IMG/VR virus record: IMGVR_UViG_3300029821_000022
Coordinates: 1-32,858 of that record
Source of the DNA: a virus
Lineage: Duplodnaviria; Caudoviricetes
Direction: 5' to 3' (one strand)
Length of the DNA: 32,858 nt
The translations under genes were made by a program, and so were the position numbers. The notes below the pieces were generated by a model. The model was given only the letters and a program-made list of their open reading frames with translations. It did not search any database and was not told where the DNA came from. Each line of letters begins with the position of its first letter. Position 1 is the stretch's first letter. This document shows, one piece after another, positions 1 to 9,733 of this stretch.

Positions 1-210
1 GAGCGTGGATGAGTTCCAGCGCAAGGCGCTCGAACACATCGGCACCACCAAAGCCCTGCCCACCGCCGAAATCGGCATGGGCAAGGAAGACCTCAAGCGC
101 TACAGCATCATGCGTGCGCTGCGCTATCTGGCTGATCCCAAGGACCGCCAATCGCGCGAGCAGGCCAAGTTCGAAATCGAATGCAGCGAGGCCGCTGCCG
201 AACGTTCGGT
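1..210. repeat. Terminal direct repeat, copy 1 (circular overlap with 32649-32858)
   Basis: 1-210 equals 32649-32858 except A83 vs G32731. Confidence 0.97.
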
Positions 211-1141
211 GAGCGCACCAAAGGGCCTGATCGTCCCGTATGACGTGCTCAAGCGCGACCTCACTGTTGGCACCGCCACCGCTGGCGGCAACCTGGTCGA
301 CACCACGCTGATGACCGGCGATTTCATCACCCTGCTGCGCAATGCCCTGCTGTTGCCCGGGCTTGGCGCCCGCGTGCTCACTGGACTGGTTGGCAACATC
401 GCCATCCCGCGCCAGACCGGCGCAGGCAGCGCATTCTGGGTGGCAGAATCGGGTTCGCCGACCGAGAGCCAGCAGGCGTTCGATCAGGTGCCGATGTCGC
501 CCAAGACCGTCGGCGCGTTCACCGACATCAGCCGCAAGCTGCTCAAGCAATCGAGCCTGGATGTGGAATCGTTCGTGCAGGGCGATCTGGCCCAGGTGCT
601 GGGTCTCGCCATTCAGGCCGCCGCGATCACGGGTGGCGGCGCCAACGAACCCACCGGCATCATCGCAACGTCCGGCATCGGCAGTGTTGCCGGCGGCACC
701 AATGGCGCCGCCCCGAGTTGGGATAACATCGTTGCCCTGGAAACGCTGGTGGCGGTTGCCAATGCCGACATCGGCAGCCTCAACTACCTCACCAACGCCA
801 AGGTGCGCGGCAAGCTCAAGACCACCTTCATCGATGGCCCTGGCACCGGCCAGCGCGTATGGCAGGCCGGCGCGACGCCGCTCAACGGCTACAACGCGGC
901 TGTCACCAATGCAGTGCCGGGCAACCTCACCAAGGGCACCGCTGTTGGTACCGCCAGCGCGATCATCTTCGGTAACTTCGCCGACCTGATCATCGGCATG
1001 TGGGGTGGCCTGGACATCCTGGTTGACCCGTACACCGGCGGCACCAGCGGCACGGTGCGCGTGATCGTGCACCAGGACGTGGATGTTGCCATCCGCCATC
1101 CGCTGAGCTTTGCGGCCATGCTCGATGCACTGACCGCGTAA
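1..1141 (+). CDS. Major capsid protein (HK97 fold), 3' part of the protease-capsid fusion that starts at 31903
   Basis: Capsid motifs (AGGNLVDT, IPRQTGAGSAFWVAE, IIFGNFADLIIGMWGGLDILVDPYT); in frame with the 31903 ORF across the overlap. Confidence 0.95.
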   Translation, partial: SVDEFQRKALEHIGTTKALPTAEIGMGKEDLKRYSIMRALRYLADPKDRQSREQAKFEIECSEAAAERSVSAPKGLIVPYDVLKRDLTVGTATAGGNLVDTTLMTGDFITLLRNALLLPGLGARVLTGLVGNIAIPRQTGAGSAFWVAESGSPTESQQAFDQVPMSPKTVGAFTDISRKLLKQSSLDVESFVQGDLAQVLGLAIQAAAITGGGANEPTGIIATSGIGSVAGGTNGAAPSWDNIVALETLVAVANADIGSLNYLTNAKVRGKLKTTFIDGPGTGQRVWQAGATPLNGYNAAVTNAVPGNLTKGTAVGTASAIIFGNFADLIIGMWGGLDILVDPYTGGTSGTVRVIVHQDVDVAIRHPLSFAAMLDALTA

Positions 1142-1148
1142 ACCGGTG

Positions 1149-1457
1149 ATGACCGATTTCGCCAGCATGAATGACATCCTCCTCGACTCGCTCGGGGAGG
1201 ACGTCGTGCTGCACGTTTTCGGTACCGATGTGCCGGCGCGCGGCGAATTCCGCGCGGCATACAGTGGCAACAACATCAACGGCCTGCCGATTGATATCCA
1301 AACGCCGCGGCTGTTGATGGATTCGGCGGCAGCAAGCGCGGCCGGTGTAACCGAGGGCAACACGGTAACCGTGCGCGGCGGCCTATACACGATTGCCGAA
1401 ATAGATAGCGACGAAACCGGCATGACCCGGCTCGTGCTCGCGAAGTACGCGTCATGA
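1149..1457 (+). CDS. Head-tail joining/closure protein (gpFII-like)
   Basis: About 100 aa, beta-rich, C-terminal YTIAEIDSDETGMTRLVL; position directly after the capsid gene. Confidence 0.7.
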   Translation: MTDFASMNDILLDSLGEDVVLHVFGTDVPARGEFRAAYSGNNINGLPIDIQTPRLLMDSAAASAAGVTEGNTVTVRGGLYTIAEIDSDETGMTRLVLAKYAS

Positions 1458-2074
1458 ACGACCTGCTCGACATCAAGGTGGATGCCTCCAAACTGGCCAA
1501 TGCCCCGCGCGATATCGCGCGTGCCTGGCTGCGTGCGGGCAATCGCACCATCCGCAAGACCACCAAAACCATTTCAACGCGCGCGCTGCGTGAGCTCGCC
1601 GCTGCTACCCGCGTCGGCATTGGCAAGCTGCGCAAGGGCAAGCGCGCTGCCACCAAGATCACCCGCAAAGGCGGCGCTGACTCCGGCTCGGTATGGATCG
1701 GCACCGGCAGCATCAAGGCCGGGTTCCTCGGCCGCCCACGGCAGACCAAAGATGGCGCCAGCATTCGCGGCATCAACTTTCCCGGCTCGTTCGTCGCCAC
1801 CGTGGCCGCAGGCCGCGACAAAACCTATCGCGGCATTTTCGAGCGCGCCAGCGCAGGTGCATTGACGATCCAGCGCCGTGGCGGCAAAACCTCATCGCTG
1901 CGCACCAAAGGTCGGCCCAGCACATCATCGCCGAATCTGCCGATCGTCGATCGCCGCGTCGAGTTTTCCCAGGCTGCCGCTGCCGTTGAGCGCACGCGAG
2001 GCGAGATCCGCCAGCGCCTCGATGTGGTGCTGGTGCAGGAACTCAACTTCGAGCTGAGCAAGCGAGGCCGCTGA
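1454..2074 (+). CDS. Tail completion protein (lambda gpZ-like)
   Basis: Very basic 206-aa protein ending ELNFEL; ATGA overlap with upstream gene; synteny. Confidence 0.7.
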   Translation: MNDLLDIKVDASKLANAPRDIARAWLRAGNRTIRKTTKTISTRALRELAAATRVGIGKLRKGKRAATKITRKGGADSGSVWIGTGSIKAGFLGRPRQTKDGASIRGINFPGSFVATVAAGRDKTYRGIFERASAGALTIQRRGGKTSSLRTKGRPSTSSPNLPIVDRRVEFSQAAAAVERTRGEIRQRLDVVLVQELNFELSKRGR

Positions 2075-2547
2075 TGCCCAATCTGTTCGAAGCCGAAACC
2101 GCCATCATCGCGCGCCTGCGCGAGCTATTGCCTGCCGAGGTGGACGGGTTTGCGCTGCGCATCGGTTCCATGGCCAACCTGGTTGGCCGCACCGATCTGG
2201 CCGGCGTCACACCTGGTGTGTTCGTCATGCCCGGCGCATCGGATGTCAACGCCGGCGCCGACGGCGACCCCGCCGATGCCGACGCGATCACGGTAGAGGA
2301 TCAGGTGTGGACCGTGGTTGCGCTGGTGCGTTTCGTGCGCGACAGCACCGACTTCGACGAATCATTCATCACTGCCGGTGCCCTGATGGGCCTTGCCTAC
2401 AGCGCGCTGCATGGCTTTACGCCGGGCGCAGGCTATCGGCCGATGGTGTTTTCAGGCCAGCAGCCGCCGGAAGTTGGCGAGCGCGGCATCATCAATTTTG
2501 CAATTGATTTCACCGTGGTGCGGGCATTCGCGCCCGCTACCGCATAA
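2074..2547 (+). CDS. Tail terminator protein (Mu Gp37/lambda gpU-like)
   Basis: AETAIIARLRE start, QVWTVV, ALHGFTP motifs; precedes tail tube gene. Confidence 0.7.
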   Translation: MPNLFEAETAIIARLRELLPAEVDGFALRIGSMANLVGRTDLAGVTPGVFVMPGASDVNAGADGDPADADAITVEDQVWTVVALVRFVRDSTDFDESFITAGALMGLAYSALHGFTPGAGYRPMVFSGQQPPEVGERGIINFAIDFTVVRAFAPATA

Positions 2548-2568
2548 CCAGCAGCAGGAGAAACCAGC

Positions 2569-3366
2569 ATGGCCCTCACCCTCAAGACAAGCCGCAAAAA
2601 GGTCGGTGCCGGCCGACTGTTTTTTCAGGAAACCGACGCACTCGGCGTGCCGATCGCAACGGGCGAAGATTACCTCGGCGACAGCCCGGGCTTTTCGCTC
2701 ACCATCGCAAACCAGTCGCTTGAGGACTTCAGTTCCGATGGCCCGCTGTCAACGCTCGATGTCAACGTCGCCACCCAGATCACTCGCACGTTTGCGCTGC
2801 AGACCAAAGACATCAGCTTCGCCAACATGTCGCGGTTTTTGATCGGCGACGTGTCGCAGGTTGCGCAAACCGCCACCCCGGTGGTGGACGAACCGCACGC
2901 CGCCGTGCGCCAGGGCACCGTGCTGCAGCTTGGTGTCAGCACTACGCGGCCGGTCGGCGTGCGCGGTGTCACCTCCGTTTCGGTCACCGATGACAGCGGC
3001 ACTCCGGTCACCTTCGCGTTGACCGCTGACTACGAAGTTGACGCCGAAACCGGACGCATCTACATCGTGCCCGGCGGCAGCATCACCGACGGCACCAATC
3101 TGCTGATCAGCTACACCCCGCCGGCAACTGGCTACACCCAGATCAGCGCCACCAACAGCGCACCGAAGTTTGGCCGCCTGCGCTACGTCGAGGATGCCAC
3201 ATTCGGCCCGGCAGACGATGTATTTGCCCCGTTCGTGCAGCTCAAGCCCGAGGGCGATCTGGCGTTCAAAAGCCGCGATGCTGTGCAACAGATGGGTTGG
3301 AGCGTTTCCGTACTCAACCCGCCTGATGGCAGCGCCGCGCTGTATATCTCCGGTCGCGCCGTCTGA
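2569..3366 (+). CDS. Major tail tube protein
   Basis: GAGRLFF...YLGDSPGFSLTI, DYEVDAETGRIYI, VQLKPEGDLAFK; strong SD (AGGAG) upstream. Confidence 0.85.
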   Translation: MALTLKTSRKKVGAGRLFFQETDALGVPIATGEDYLGDSPGFSLTIANQSLEDFSSDGPLSTLDVNVATQITRTFALQTKDISFANMSRFLIGDVSQVAQTATPVVDEPHAAVRQGTVLQLGVSTTRPVGVRGVTSVSVTDDSGTPVTFALTADYEVDAETGRIYIVPGGSITDGTNLLISYTPPATGYTQISATNSAPKFGRLRYVEDATFGPADDVFAPFVQLKPEGDLAFKSRDAVQQMGWSVSVLNPPDGSAALYISGRAV

Positions 3367-3878
3367 TGAGCATCTTCGGCAAAAAATCCGCCGAAGCCAA
3401 GCCGGCCGCTGGCGATCTGCCAGCGCCGGCCAGCGAGCTTTCGCTCGGGCCGCTGGTGGTCAACACGCGCGAGGTGCGCGCCGGTGGCGAAACGCTCACC
3501 CTGCGCGCGCGTGGCTTGGTGGAGCTTGCGCAGATGTACCAGCACCTCAAGCCGGTGCTGGCGGCACTGGAGGCTGCGCCCGATGGAACCAGCATCAGCC
3601 AGGGCATCGCGCTGGCTGCCGGCAATGCTGATGTGGCGCAGGGCCTCATCCAGGCCGCTGCCATTGGCGCAGGCAAACCGCTGGATTGGGTAGCGCAACT
3701 GCCGGGCGAGGAGCAGCTCGACCTGGTGTGTGCAGTGCTTGAGGTCAACGGCGATTTTTTCGTCCGGAGCCTGTTGCCGAAGTCAGCAACGCTGCTGGCC
3801 AACTGGATGGCCCGCCTTTTGGCTGGCCCGACCTCATCCAGTTACTTGTCGACAACGGGCACCCACCGGATTCAGTGA
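3366..3878 (+). CDS. Tail assembly chaperone (gpG-like)
   Basis: Lies between tail tube and tape measure genes; EVNGDFF motif. Confidence 0.8.
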   Translation: MSIFGKKSAEAKPAAGDLPAPASELSLGPLVVNTREVRAGGETLTLRARGLVELAQMYQHLKPVLAALEAAPDGTSISQGIALAAGNADVAQGLIQAAAIGAGKPLDWVAQLPGEEQLDLVCAVLEVNGDFFVRSLLPKSATLLANWMARLLAGPTSSSYLSTTGTHRIQ

Positions 3879-3976
3879 TCCATTACACGGTGGCGCGGTT
3901 GTGGTGGCACGTGGGCGCCATACGGCGCTGCAGGGAACGCGAAAACGCAGCATTCGACAATCCCGAGGAATTTTAA
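3755..3976 (+). CDS. gpT-like extension in the -1 frame (G-T frameshift product)
   Basis: The -1 frame is open from T TTT TTC (3755-3761) to TAA 3974-3976 and encodes ...WPDLIQLLVDNGHPPDSVIHYTVARLWWHVGAIRRCRERE... Confidence 0.7.
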   Translation, partial: FFRPEPVAEVSNAAGQLDGPPFGWPDLIQLLVDNGHPPDSVIHYTVARLWWHVGAIRRCRERENAAFDNPEEF

Positions 3977-6196
3977 GTGGCCACCCAAGCCGTCAAATTC
4001 AACATCGACCTGACCGCAAACCCAGCCGCCGCGAGGCAGTTGGGCGCCGCGCTTGATCGGCTCGGGAAAGATGGCAAGCGCGCCGGTGCTGAAATTGATC
4101 GCGGATTCTCGGGTGTCGGCAAACGCCTGAATGGGCTCAAAGGGTTGCTGGCCGGCATCGGTATCGCCGGCACCGTGCGCGCCGTTGTTGACGCCACCAT
4201 CGAGCAGGAAAACGCCCTGCGCCAGCTCGATGCACGGCTCAAGTCCACCAGCGGTGCAGCGGGGCTCACGCGCAAGGAACTCGTCGACCTGGCATCAAGC
4301 CTGGAAGCGGTCACCACGTTTAGCGAAGCGGCTATCATCGAGTCGGAAAACTTGTTGCTCACGTTCACCAAGATTGGGCGTGATGTGTTCCCCGCGGCGC
4401 AAGAAGCCGTGCTCAACATGTCGGTCGCACTCAGCACCGACCTGAAGTCGAGCGCAATCCTGGTTGGCAAGGCGTTGAACGACCCGATCCTAGGTGTCAG
4501 CGCGCTCGGTCGATCCGGCGTGCAGTTCAGCGTGCAGCAAAAAGCGATGATCAAGTCGCTGGTAGATACTGGACAGGCCGCCAAGGCGCAGACACTTATT
4601 CTTGCCGAGCTGCAGACTCAATTCGGCGGAGCTGCACGCACCGCACGCGACACGTTTGGCGGCGCGTTGTCTGGGCTCAAAATCGCTTTCGGCAAATTGC
4701 TCGAAGGTAGCGGAGGTAGCGTCAACGATGCCACCAAATCAATCAACAAGCTGGCAGATACACTCAACAGCGAGGAAACCAAGGCCGGATTTGCCGCGAT
4801 GGTATCCGGCATTTTCAGCGTGGCCAAGGGCGCAGCCGATGCCATTGTCGTGCTCACTGGCTTGGCCAATATTGTCAAACAGAAATTCACCACAGACGCC
4901 AACAAAAGCGCCGATGGACTGGCCTTCAAGCTCGTTGATCTCGACGAACAGCGCGCGGCCGTTGAACAAAAATCATTCACCACCAGCGAACGTATCCGAA
5001 AGGAAACACTGGCTCTGATCGACAAGGAAATCGAGGCAACGCAAAAACTGTTGGTTGAAAAACGCAAGCAAGAACAAATCGACAAGCTGGTAAACGAGAA
5101 GAATATCGTCGACATCGGCGTTGCTGGTGCAGTTGGCAGAGCACCTTCAGCCGAGCCAGTCACGCCACCGCCCAAGCCGCCCGGCGCCAATGGCAAAACC
5201 GAAGCTGAAAAGCTGCTCGAAGAATTCAACCAGCGCGAACTGGCGCTGAAGAAGGAATTGGCACTCGAAGGGCAGCTTGGCGAAGCCTCAAAGCTGCGCT
5301 TCGAAGTCGAGCAAGGTTCGCTAACCGGCCTCAATGACCAGCAAAAAACGCGTCTGCTGTCACTGGCCGACGAATTGGATGCATTGCGCGCTACCGTCGA
5401 GGAAGCAAAAACCGCAGCCGATGCGCGCAAGCAAGATCAGCAGGACGCCGCCGCGCTGATCGATGCCACCCGCACCGCCGAAGAGCGCTTCGTGGAACTG
5501 GTAATCCGGGCCGATAGCCTGATGGCCAAGGGCCTGCTGACGCTGGAAGAGCGCCAGCGCATCGTTGCCGACGCGGCCGACGAGCTAAGCGAAAAAACCG
5601 CCGAAGCGGCCAACCAGTTCCAGGAGTTCGGCGTCCAGGCCGCACGCAATCTGCAAAGTGCGTTCGCCGATTTTCTGTTCAACCCGTTCGAGAAAGGCAT
5701 CGAAGGCATGTTGCGCGGATTTGCCGACGTGGTCCGGCGCATGGCTGCCGAAGCGTTGGCTGCCGCACTGCTCAAAAAGTTGTTCGGCGGCGATGGCTCA
5801 AGCAGTGGCGGCGGCGGCGGATTGCTCGGTGGCCTGCTCGGTGGCGCTGCCAAGGCATTTGGCGGCGGCAGCGCCGATGGCAACGTGTTCAGCAGCGGAA
5901 AAAAGCAGGCGTTCGCTAAGGGCGCTGTGGTAACCGGCCCAGTCACCTTCCCGATGGCGAAAGGCCAGTTTGGGTTGATGGGCGAATCCGGGCCAGAGGC
6001 CATCATCCCACTCAAGCGCGGGCCATCCGGGCAATTGGGTGTGCAGTCATCCGGCGCCGGAATGCCACCGATCAACGTCTCGGTGATCGCGGTGGATGAT
6101 GAGCGCGACATCGGCCGCTACCTCGAATCACCGGCCGGGCAGCGCTCGGTCGCCAAGGTCACCCGCCTCAACGGCGGCGGCAAAAAGGAACGCTGA
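3977..6196 (+). CDS. Tape measure protein
   Basis: 739 aa, Ala/Leu helical; GKALNDPILGVSALGRSGVQF and C-terminal FAKGAVV...GLMGESGPEAIIPLKR motifs. Confidence 0.93.
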   Translation: MATQAVKFNIDLTANPAAARQLGAALDRLGKDGKRAGAEIDRGFSGVGKRLNGLKGLLAGIGIAGTVRAVVDATIEQENALRQLDARLKSTSGAAGLTRKELVDLASSLEAVTTFSEAAIIESENLLLTFTKIGRDVFPAAQEAVLNMSVALSTDLKSSAILVGKALNDPILGVSALGRSGVQFSVQQKAMIKSLVDTGQAAKAQTLILAELQTQFGGAARTARDTFGGALSGLKIAFGKLLEGSGGSVNDATKSINKLADTLNSEETKAGFAAMVSGIFSVAKGAADAIVVLTGLANIVKQKFTTDANKSADGLAFKLVDLDEQRAAVEQKSFTTSERIRKETLALIDKEIEATQKLLVEKRKQEQIDKLVNEKNIVDIGVAGAVGRAPSAEPVTPPPKPPGANGKTEAEKLLEEFNQRELALKKELALEGQLGEASKLRFEVEQGSLTGLNDQQKTRLLSLADELDALRATVEEAKTAADARKQDQQDAAALIDATRTAEERFVELVIRADSLMAKGLLTLEERQRIVADAADELSEKTAEAANQFQEFGVQAARNLQSAFADFLFNPFEKGIEGMLRGFADVVRRMAAEALAAALLKKLFGGDGSSSGGGGGLLGGLLGGAAKAFGGGSADGNVFSSGKKQAFAKGAVVTGPVTFPMAKGQFGLMGESGPEAIIPLKRGPSGQLGVQSSGAGMPPINVSVIAVDDERDIGRYLESPAGQRSVAKVTRLNGGGKKER

Positions 6197-7083
6197 TGGC
6201 AACCGAAATTGCCACCGCCAGCAACGCCGGAGTGGGCGGCCTCGCGCACTACGATCTGCTCGATCGCATCCGCGTGTTCTGCACCACCAATTCCACCTTG
6301 GTGGGGTTGGGGCAGGCGTGGACGGTGCTACGCTACGACACCACCGCAGCCAACCGCGAACTGATCATGCAGGCGCCGGGGCTTAGCGGCACCGAGCAGA
6401 TTTTCATTGGCTTGCGCACCTATCAAGATTCCAACGCCGACATCTACAACCTGGCTGTATCCGCATTCACCGGCTTTGTGGCCGGCAACACCTTCGATAC
6501 CCAACCCGGCGCCCTGGTTACTGGCGTGCCGGCGCACAACATCAGCATCCCGTACTGGCTCAACGTCAACGGCCAGCGCCTAGTGCTTGCCATGAAGGTG
6601 GGCACACCGGTCTACGAAAGCATCTACCTCGGCAAGTTTTTGCCCTACGCCACGCCCGGGCAATACCCCTATCCGGTGATCACCGGCGGCATGCTCTCCG
6701 GCGTGCCGCTCACCCGGTTTTCTGACACCACGCACTCGATGCCCTACAAGCCCAACGCGGCCGGCATGCGGCTGCGCTTTGTCGATGGGTTGTGGAAAAC
6801 CGTGCAGACGTGGCCATACGACACCGCGCCGCTGCAAAGCATGTTCGGCCCGCAAACGCCGCTCGGATCGCGGATGCGCGACACCGAATCGCAGTACAGC
6901 ATCGATCCGATCGTGCTCTCCGACAGCGCCAACATTTACGGCGAGCTCGATGGCGTGGGCTTTGTCACTGGCTTCAACAACGCTGTTGAAAACACCTTCA
7001 CGCTGGGCACTGACACCTGGGTTGTGATTCAGGATGTCGGCCGTACCAGTTTCGGCGATTACTACGCAATGAGGCTCGACTGA
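6196..7083 (+). CDS. Virion structural (tail tip region) protein
   Basis: Translationally coupled after tape measure; YLGKFLPYATPGQYPYP and YGELDGV motifs resemble D3112/MP22-like virion proteins. Confidence 0.7.
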   Translation: MATEIATASNAGVGGLAHYDLLDRIRVFCTTNSTLVGLGQAWTVLRYDTTAANRELIMQAPGLSGTEQIFIGLRTYQDSNADIYNLAVSAFTGFVAGNTFDTQPGALVTGVPAHNISIPYWLNVNGQRLVLAMKVGTPVYESIYLGKFLPYATPGQYPYPVITGGMLSGVPLTRFSDTTHSMPYKPNAAGMRLRFVDGLWKTVQTWPYDTAPLQSMFGPQTPLGSRMRDTESQYSIDPIVLSDSANIYGELDGVGFVTGFNNAVENTFTLGTDTWVVIQDVGRTSFGDYYAMRLD

Positions 7084-8051
7084 TGCCCTACCTCACCGGC
7101 ACCGTGGCCAGCGCTACCGCCCTGCGCAGCATCGTCGAGCAAGCTGGCATCGATGCGGGCTACACCCTCGCCAGCGGCGTGTTGAGCAAGGGCGACTCTC
7201 ACATCAAGCTGACCGCACCAAGCACCAATGAGTTGCGCATCGAATCTGCGCGCGATGCCGCCTTTACACTGCCGGCGCCTGGGTTTGCGCGGATCGCTGA
7301 TGATGGATGGCCGGCAACCTACCACTTGTTCAGATTTGCTAACCCGGACATGGTGATGGTGGTACTGGTTGCGGCCGGGACGCGCCATCAGCACCTGGGT
7401 TTTGGCGTCATCGGCGAAAAGGTTGGCGCGTGGACGGGTGGCGAATGGTTCAGCGCTAGCAAAAGCGGTGTGGCGTATAACGCAGCAGGATTGGTGTCGA
7501 TCCCAATCATCTTAAAAGGTACGTTTTTTTCGACCATAGTCGGTGATGGCACACTGTTTTCAGGCGAACCTGTTCCGTTCTGGGCAAGTCTTACACCCGG
7601 ACCGGCAATGTCCGGAAGCTACCTGTTTGCCAATATAACCGGCAAACAATCGGGTTGGAGCACGGCGATCATAACACCGTCATCTGACGGTATTGCCACT
7701 GGCGGGTTTACGCACTTTGTGCAGGCCACACCAGGATTTTTGCCGCTATTACAGAGACAACCAAACGCGTGGAATGCGGAGCCTGTGCTGTTGCCGTGGA
7801 ATCTGAATATGTTGCGCGATCAAGCCAAGGTGTCGCGCCTGGGCGCGCTTTCGCACCTGCGCGCGCTGCGGATCGATAACCTGGGATCGGGCGACATCAT
7901 CACCCTGGGCCTTGACCGCTGGATGGTCTTTCCGGCCTCAAGAAAAAATAGCGTGGACCGCGACGGGTGGGTTGGCGGAACGGCGGCAGCTACGCAAAGC
8001 ACCGCACACACCGGCACTTTCGGCTGGGCAATCCGGTACGACGGCCCATGA
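7083..8051 (+). CDS. Virion structural (tail tip region) protein
   Basis: Coupled gene; C-terminal RIDNLGSGDIITLGLDRWMVFP...HTGTFGWAIRYDGP. Confidence 0.7.
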   Translation: MPYLTGTVASATALRSIVEQAGIDAGYTLASGVLSKGDSHIKLTAPSTNELRIESARDAAFTLPAPGFARIADDGWPATYHLFRFANPDMVMVVLVAAGTRHQHLGFGVIGEKVGAWTGGEWFSASKSGVAYNAAGLVSIPIILKGTFFSTIVGDGTLFSGEPVPFWASLTPGPAMSGSYLFANITGKQSGWSTAIITPSSDGIATGGFTHFVQATPGFLPLLQRQPNAWNAEPVLLPWNLNMLRDQAKVSRLGALSHLRALRIDNLGSGDIITLGLDRWMVFPASRKNSVDRDGWVGGTAAATQSTAHTGTFGWAIRYDGP

Positions 8052-9733
8052 GCGTGATTTCCGCCCTGCGCGCGCCATCGCCAGCATCGGGCGAAATGCA
8101 GTCCGGGATTACCCCTGCGCTGCGCGCTTTTCTGTTGGAAAATTGGCCGCCTGCAAATCAGTCGCAGGCAATGCCATCGTCTGTAGGGCTTACGCCAACG
8201 CGCACTGTTGCCGCAGCCGTTGCGCGTGCCATCACTGCGGTTTGGCACGGCCAGTTTGTTGATGATTTCTACCGGCGCATCCACGTAGTACCCAGCACGA
8301 TCAATCTCGGCGGCCTGGTCAGCGACCAGCAGCGCAGCATCGAAGTGTGGAACGCGCACTTTGGGCCGCGTACGCTGACCACGATCGATGTATCGGGCGG
8401 CGCCGGCATCACTGTTACCGGGCCCGCTGCGCCTGTGGCGTTTACCGCGTTGCAAAGCGTGATCTACCAGTTCGATGTTTCGATCGCAGGCCCGCCGCAG
8501 GTCGATGCGGTGTACACGTTCACGTTCGGGTCTGAGTCGCCCACGCTCACCGTGATCGGCTCGCGGGTGATCCCGTTCGCATTTGCGCCCAATTGGGGCA
8601 GCGGTTTCCGCGAAGGCCTGTCGTGGCTCACCGATGTGATCGCGTCCGAAGGCGCGCAAGAACAAACTGTGATCCTGCGCAATCGGCCACGGCGCTCAGC
8701 TGGCTTCAACGTGCTCGCCGCTGGCGACGAAGCGCGGCGGCTCGACCTGGCTATCCAGGGCTGGCAGTCGCGTGTTTACGCCGTGCCATTCTGGCCCGAT
8801 GTGCAGCGCCTGCCGAGCACCGTGCCTGCCGGCAGCACAACGTTCAACATCAATACCACTGATCTGGATTTCGGCGCTGGCCGGCTGTTGATGTTCTGGC
8901 TGGGTGATGACAGCAACGAATCCGCTGAGATCGAATCAGTTACGCCAACCAACATCACATTGGCCCGGCCAACGATCAACACCTGGCCCGTTGGCACGCG
9001 CTGCGTACCGGTGCGCACTGCGCGGCTGGCTGCGCAGCAATCGGTGTCGCGCGCCACGGCCGAGGTGATGGAGGCCTCGCTGGCGTTCCGCATCACCGGC
9101 AACGATGCGCCCACGCCGGCAACAGGCGAACCGCAGTACCTTGGCCTGCCAGTATTTCTGCGCCGCCCGAACCGCGCCGCAGCCATCGATGCAGACTACG
9201 CGCGCACCGTGGAAACCTTTGATGCGCGCACCGGCCCGGAAGAAGTGCAAGACCCCAGCGAGCAAGGCCGCGTGTCGGTTGGGCTGAGCTTCGTGCTGCG
9301 CGATCGCGCTGACAAAGCATCGATGCGCGCATGGCTTGCCGCCCGCCGCGGCCAAGCCAAACCATTCTGGGTGCCCGATTGGCAGCGCGCGCTGAATCTG
9401 GTTGGTGATGTCAGCAGCACGTCGGCCACTCTCCCCGTCGCAGCGGTCAACTACGCCATTTTCGCGGCCGACCAGCAGGCGCGTGCGAATATCTACATCG
9501 AGTTGCTGGATGGTCAGCAATTCTTGCGCGGCATCACCGGCGCCAGTGCGATCAGCGCCGGGGTGGAGGGCATCGGCATCGATACGCCGTTGGGTGTATC
9601 GATCACGCCGGCGATGGTGCGCCGCCTGACCTGGCTGATGCCTGCGCGGCTGGCATCGGACGATATCGAGATCACCCATCGCAGCGCCGGAGTGGCTGAA
9701 ATCACCATCCCAATCGTGAGCGTTGTGCTATGA
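8048..9733 (+). CDS. Tail assembly/distal tail-like virion protein
   Basis: ATG 8048 overlaps upstream stop; DDFYRRIHV, PNWGSGFREGLSWLTDVI, RRGQAKPFWVP, RLASDDIEI motifs. Confidence 0.75.
   Translation: MSVISALRAPSPASGEMQSGITPALRAFLLENWPPANQSQAMPSSVGLTPTRTVAAAVARAITAVWHGQFVDDFYRRIHVVPSTINLGGLVSDQQRSIEVWNAHFGPRTLTTIDVSGGAGITVTGPAAPVAFTALQSVIYQFDVSIAGPPQVDAVYTFTFGSESPTLTVIGSRVIPFAFAPNWGSGFREGLSWLTDVIASEGAQEQTVILRNRPRRSAGFNVLAAGDEARRLDLAIQGWQSRVYAVPFWPDVQRLPSTVPAGSTTFNINTTDLDFGAGRLLMFWLGDDSNESAEIESVTPTNITLARPTINTWPVGTRCVPVRTARLAAQQSVSRATAEVMEASLAFRITGNDAPTPATGEPQYLGLPVFLRRPNRAAAIDADYARTVETFDARTGPEEVQDPSEQGRVSVGLSFVLRDRADKASMRAWLAARRGQAKPFWVPDWQRALNLVGDVSSTSATLPVAAVNYAIFAADQQARANIYIELLDGQQFLRGITGASAISAGVEGIGIDTPLGVSITPAMVRRLTWLMPARLASDDIEITHRSAGVAEITIPIVSVVL

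Noticed and set aside
1-210. Biological terminal repeat
   Set aside because: It falls mid-gene in the capsid ORF, so an assembly overlap of a circular or concatemeric sequence is more likely
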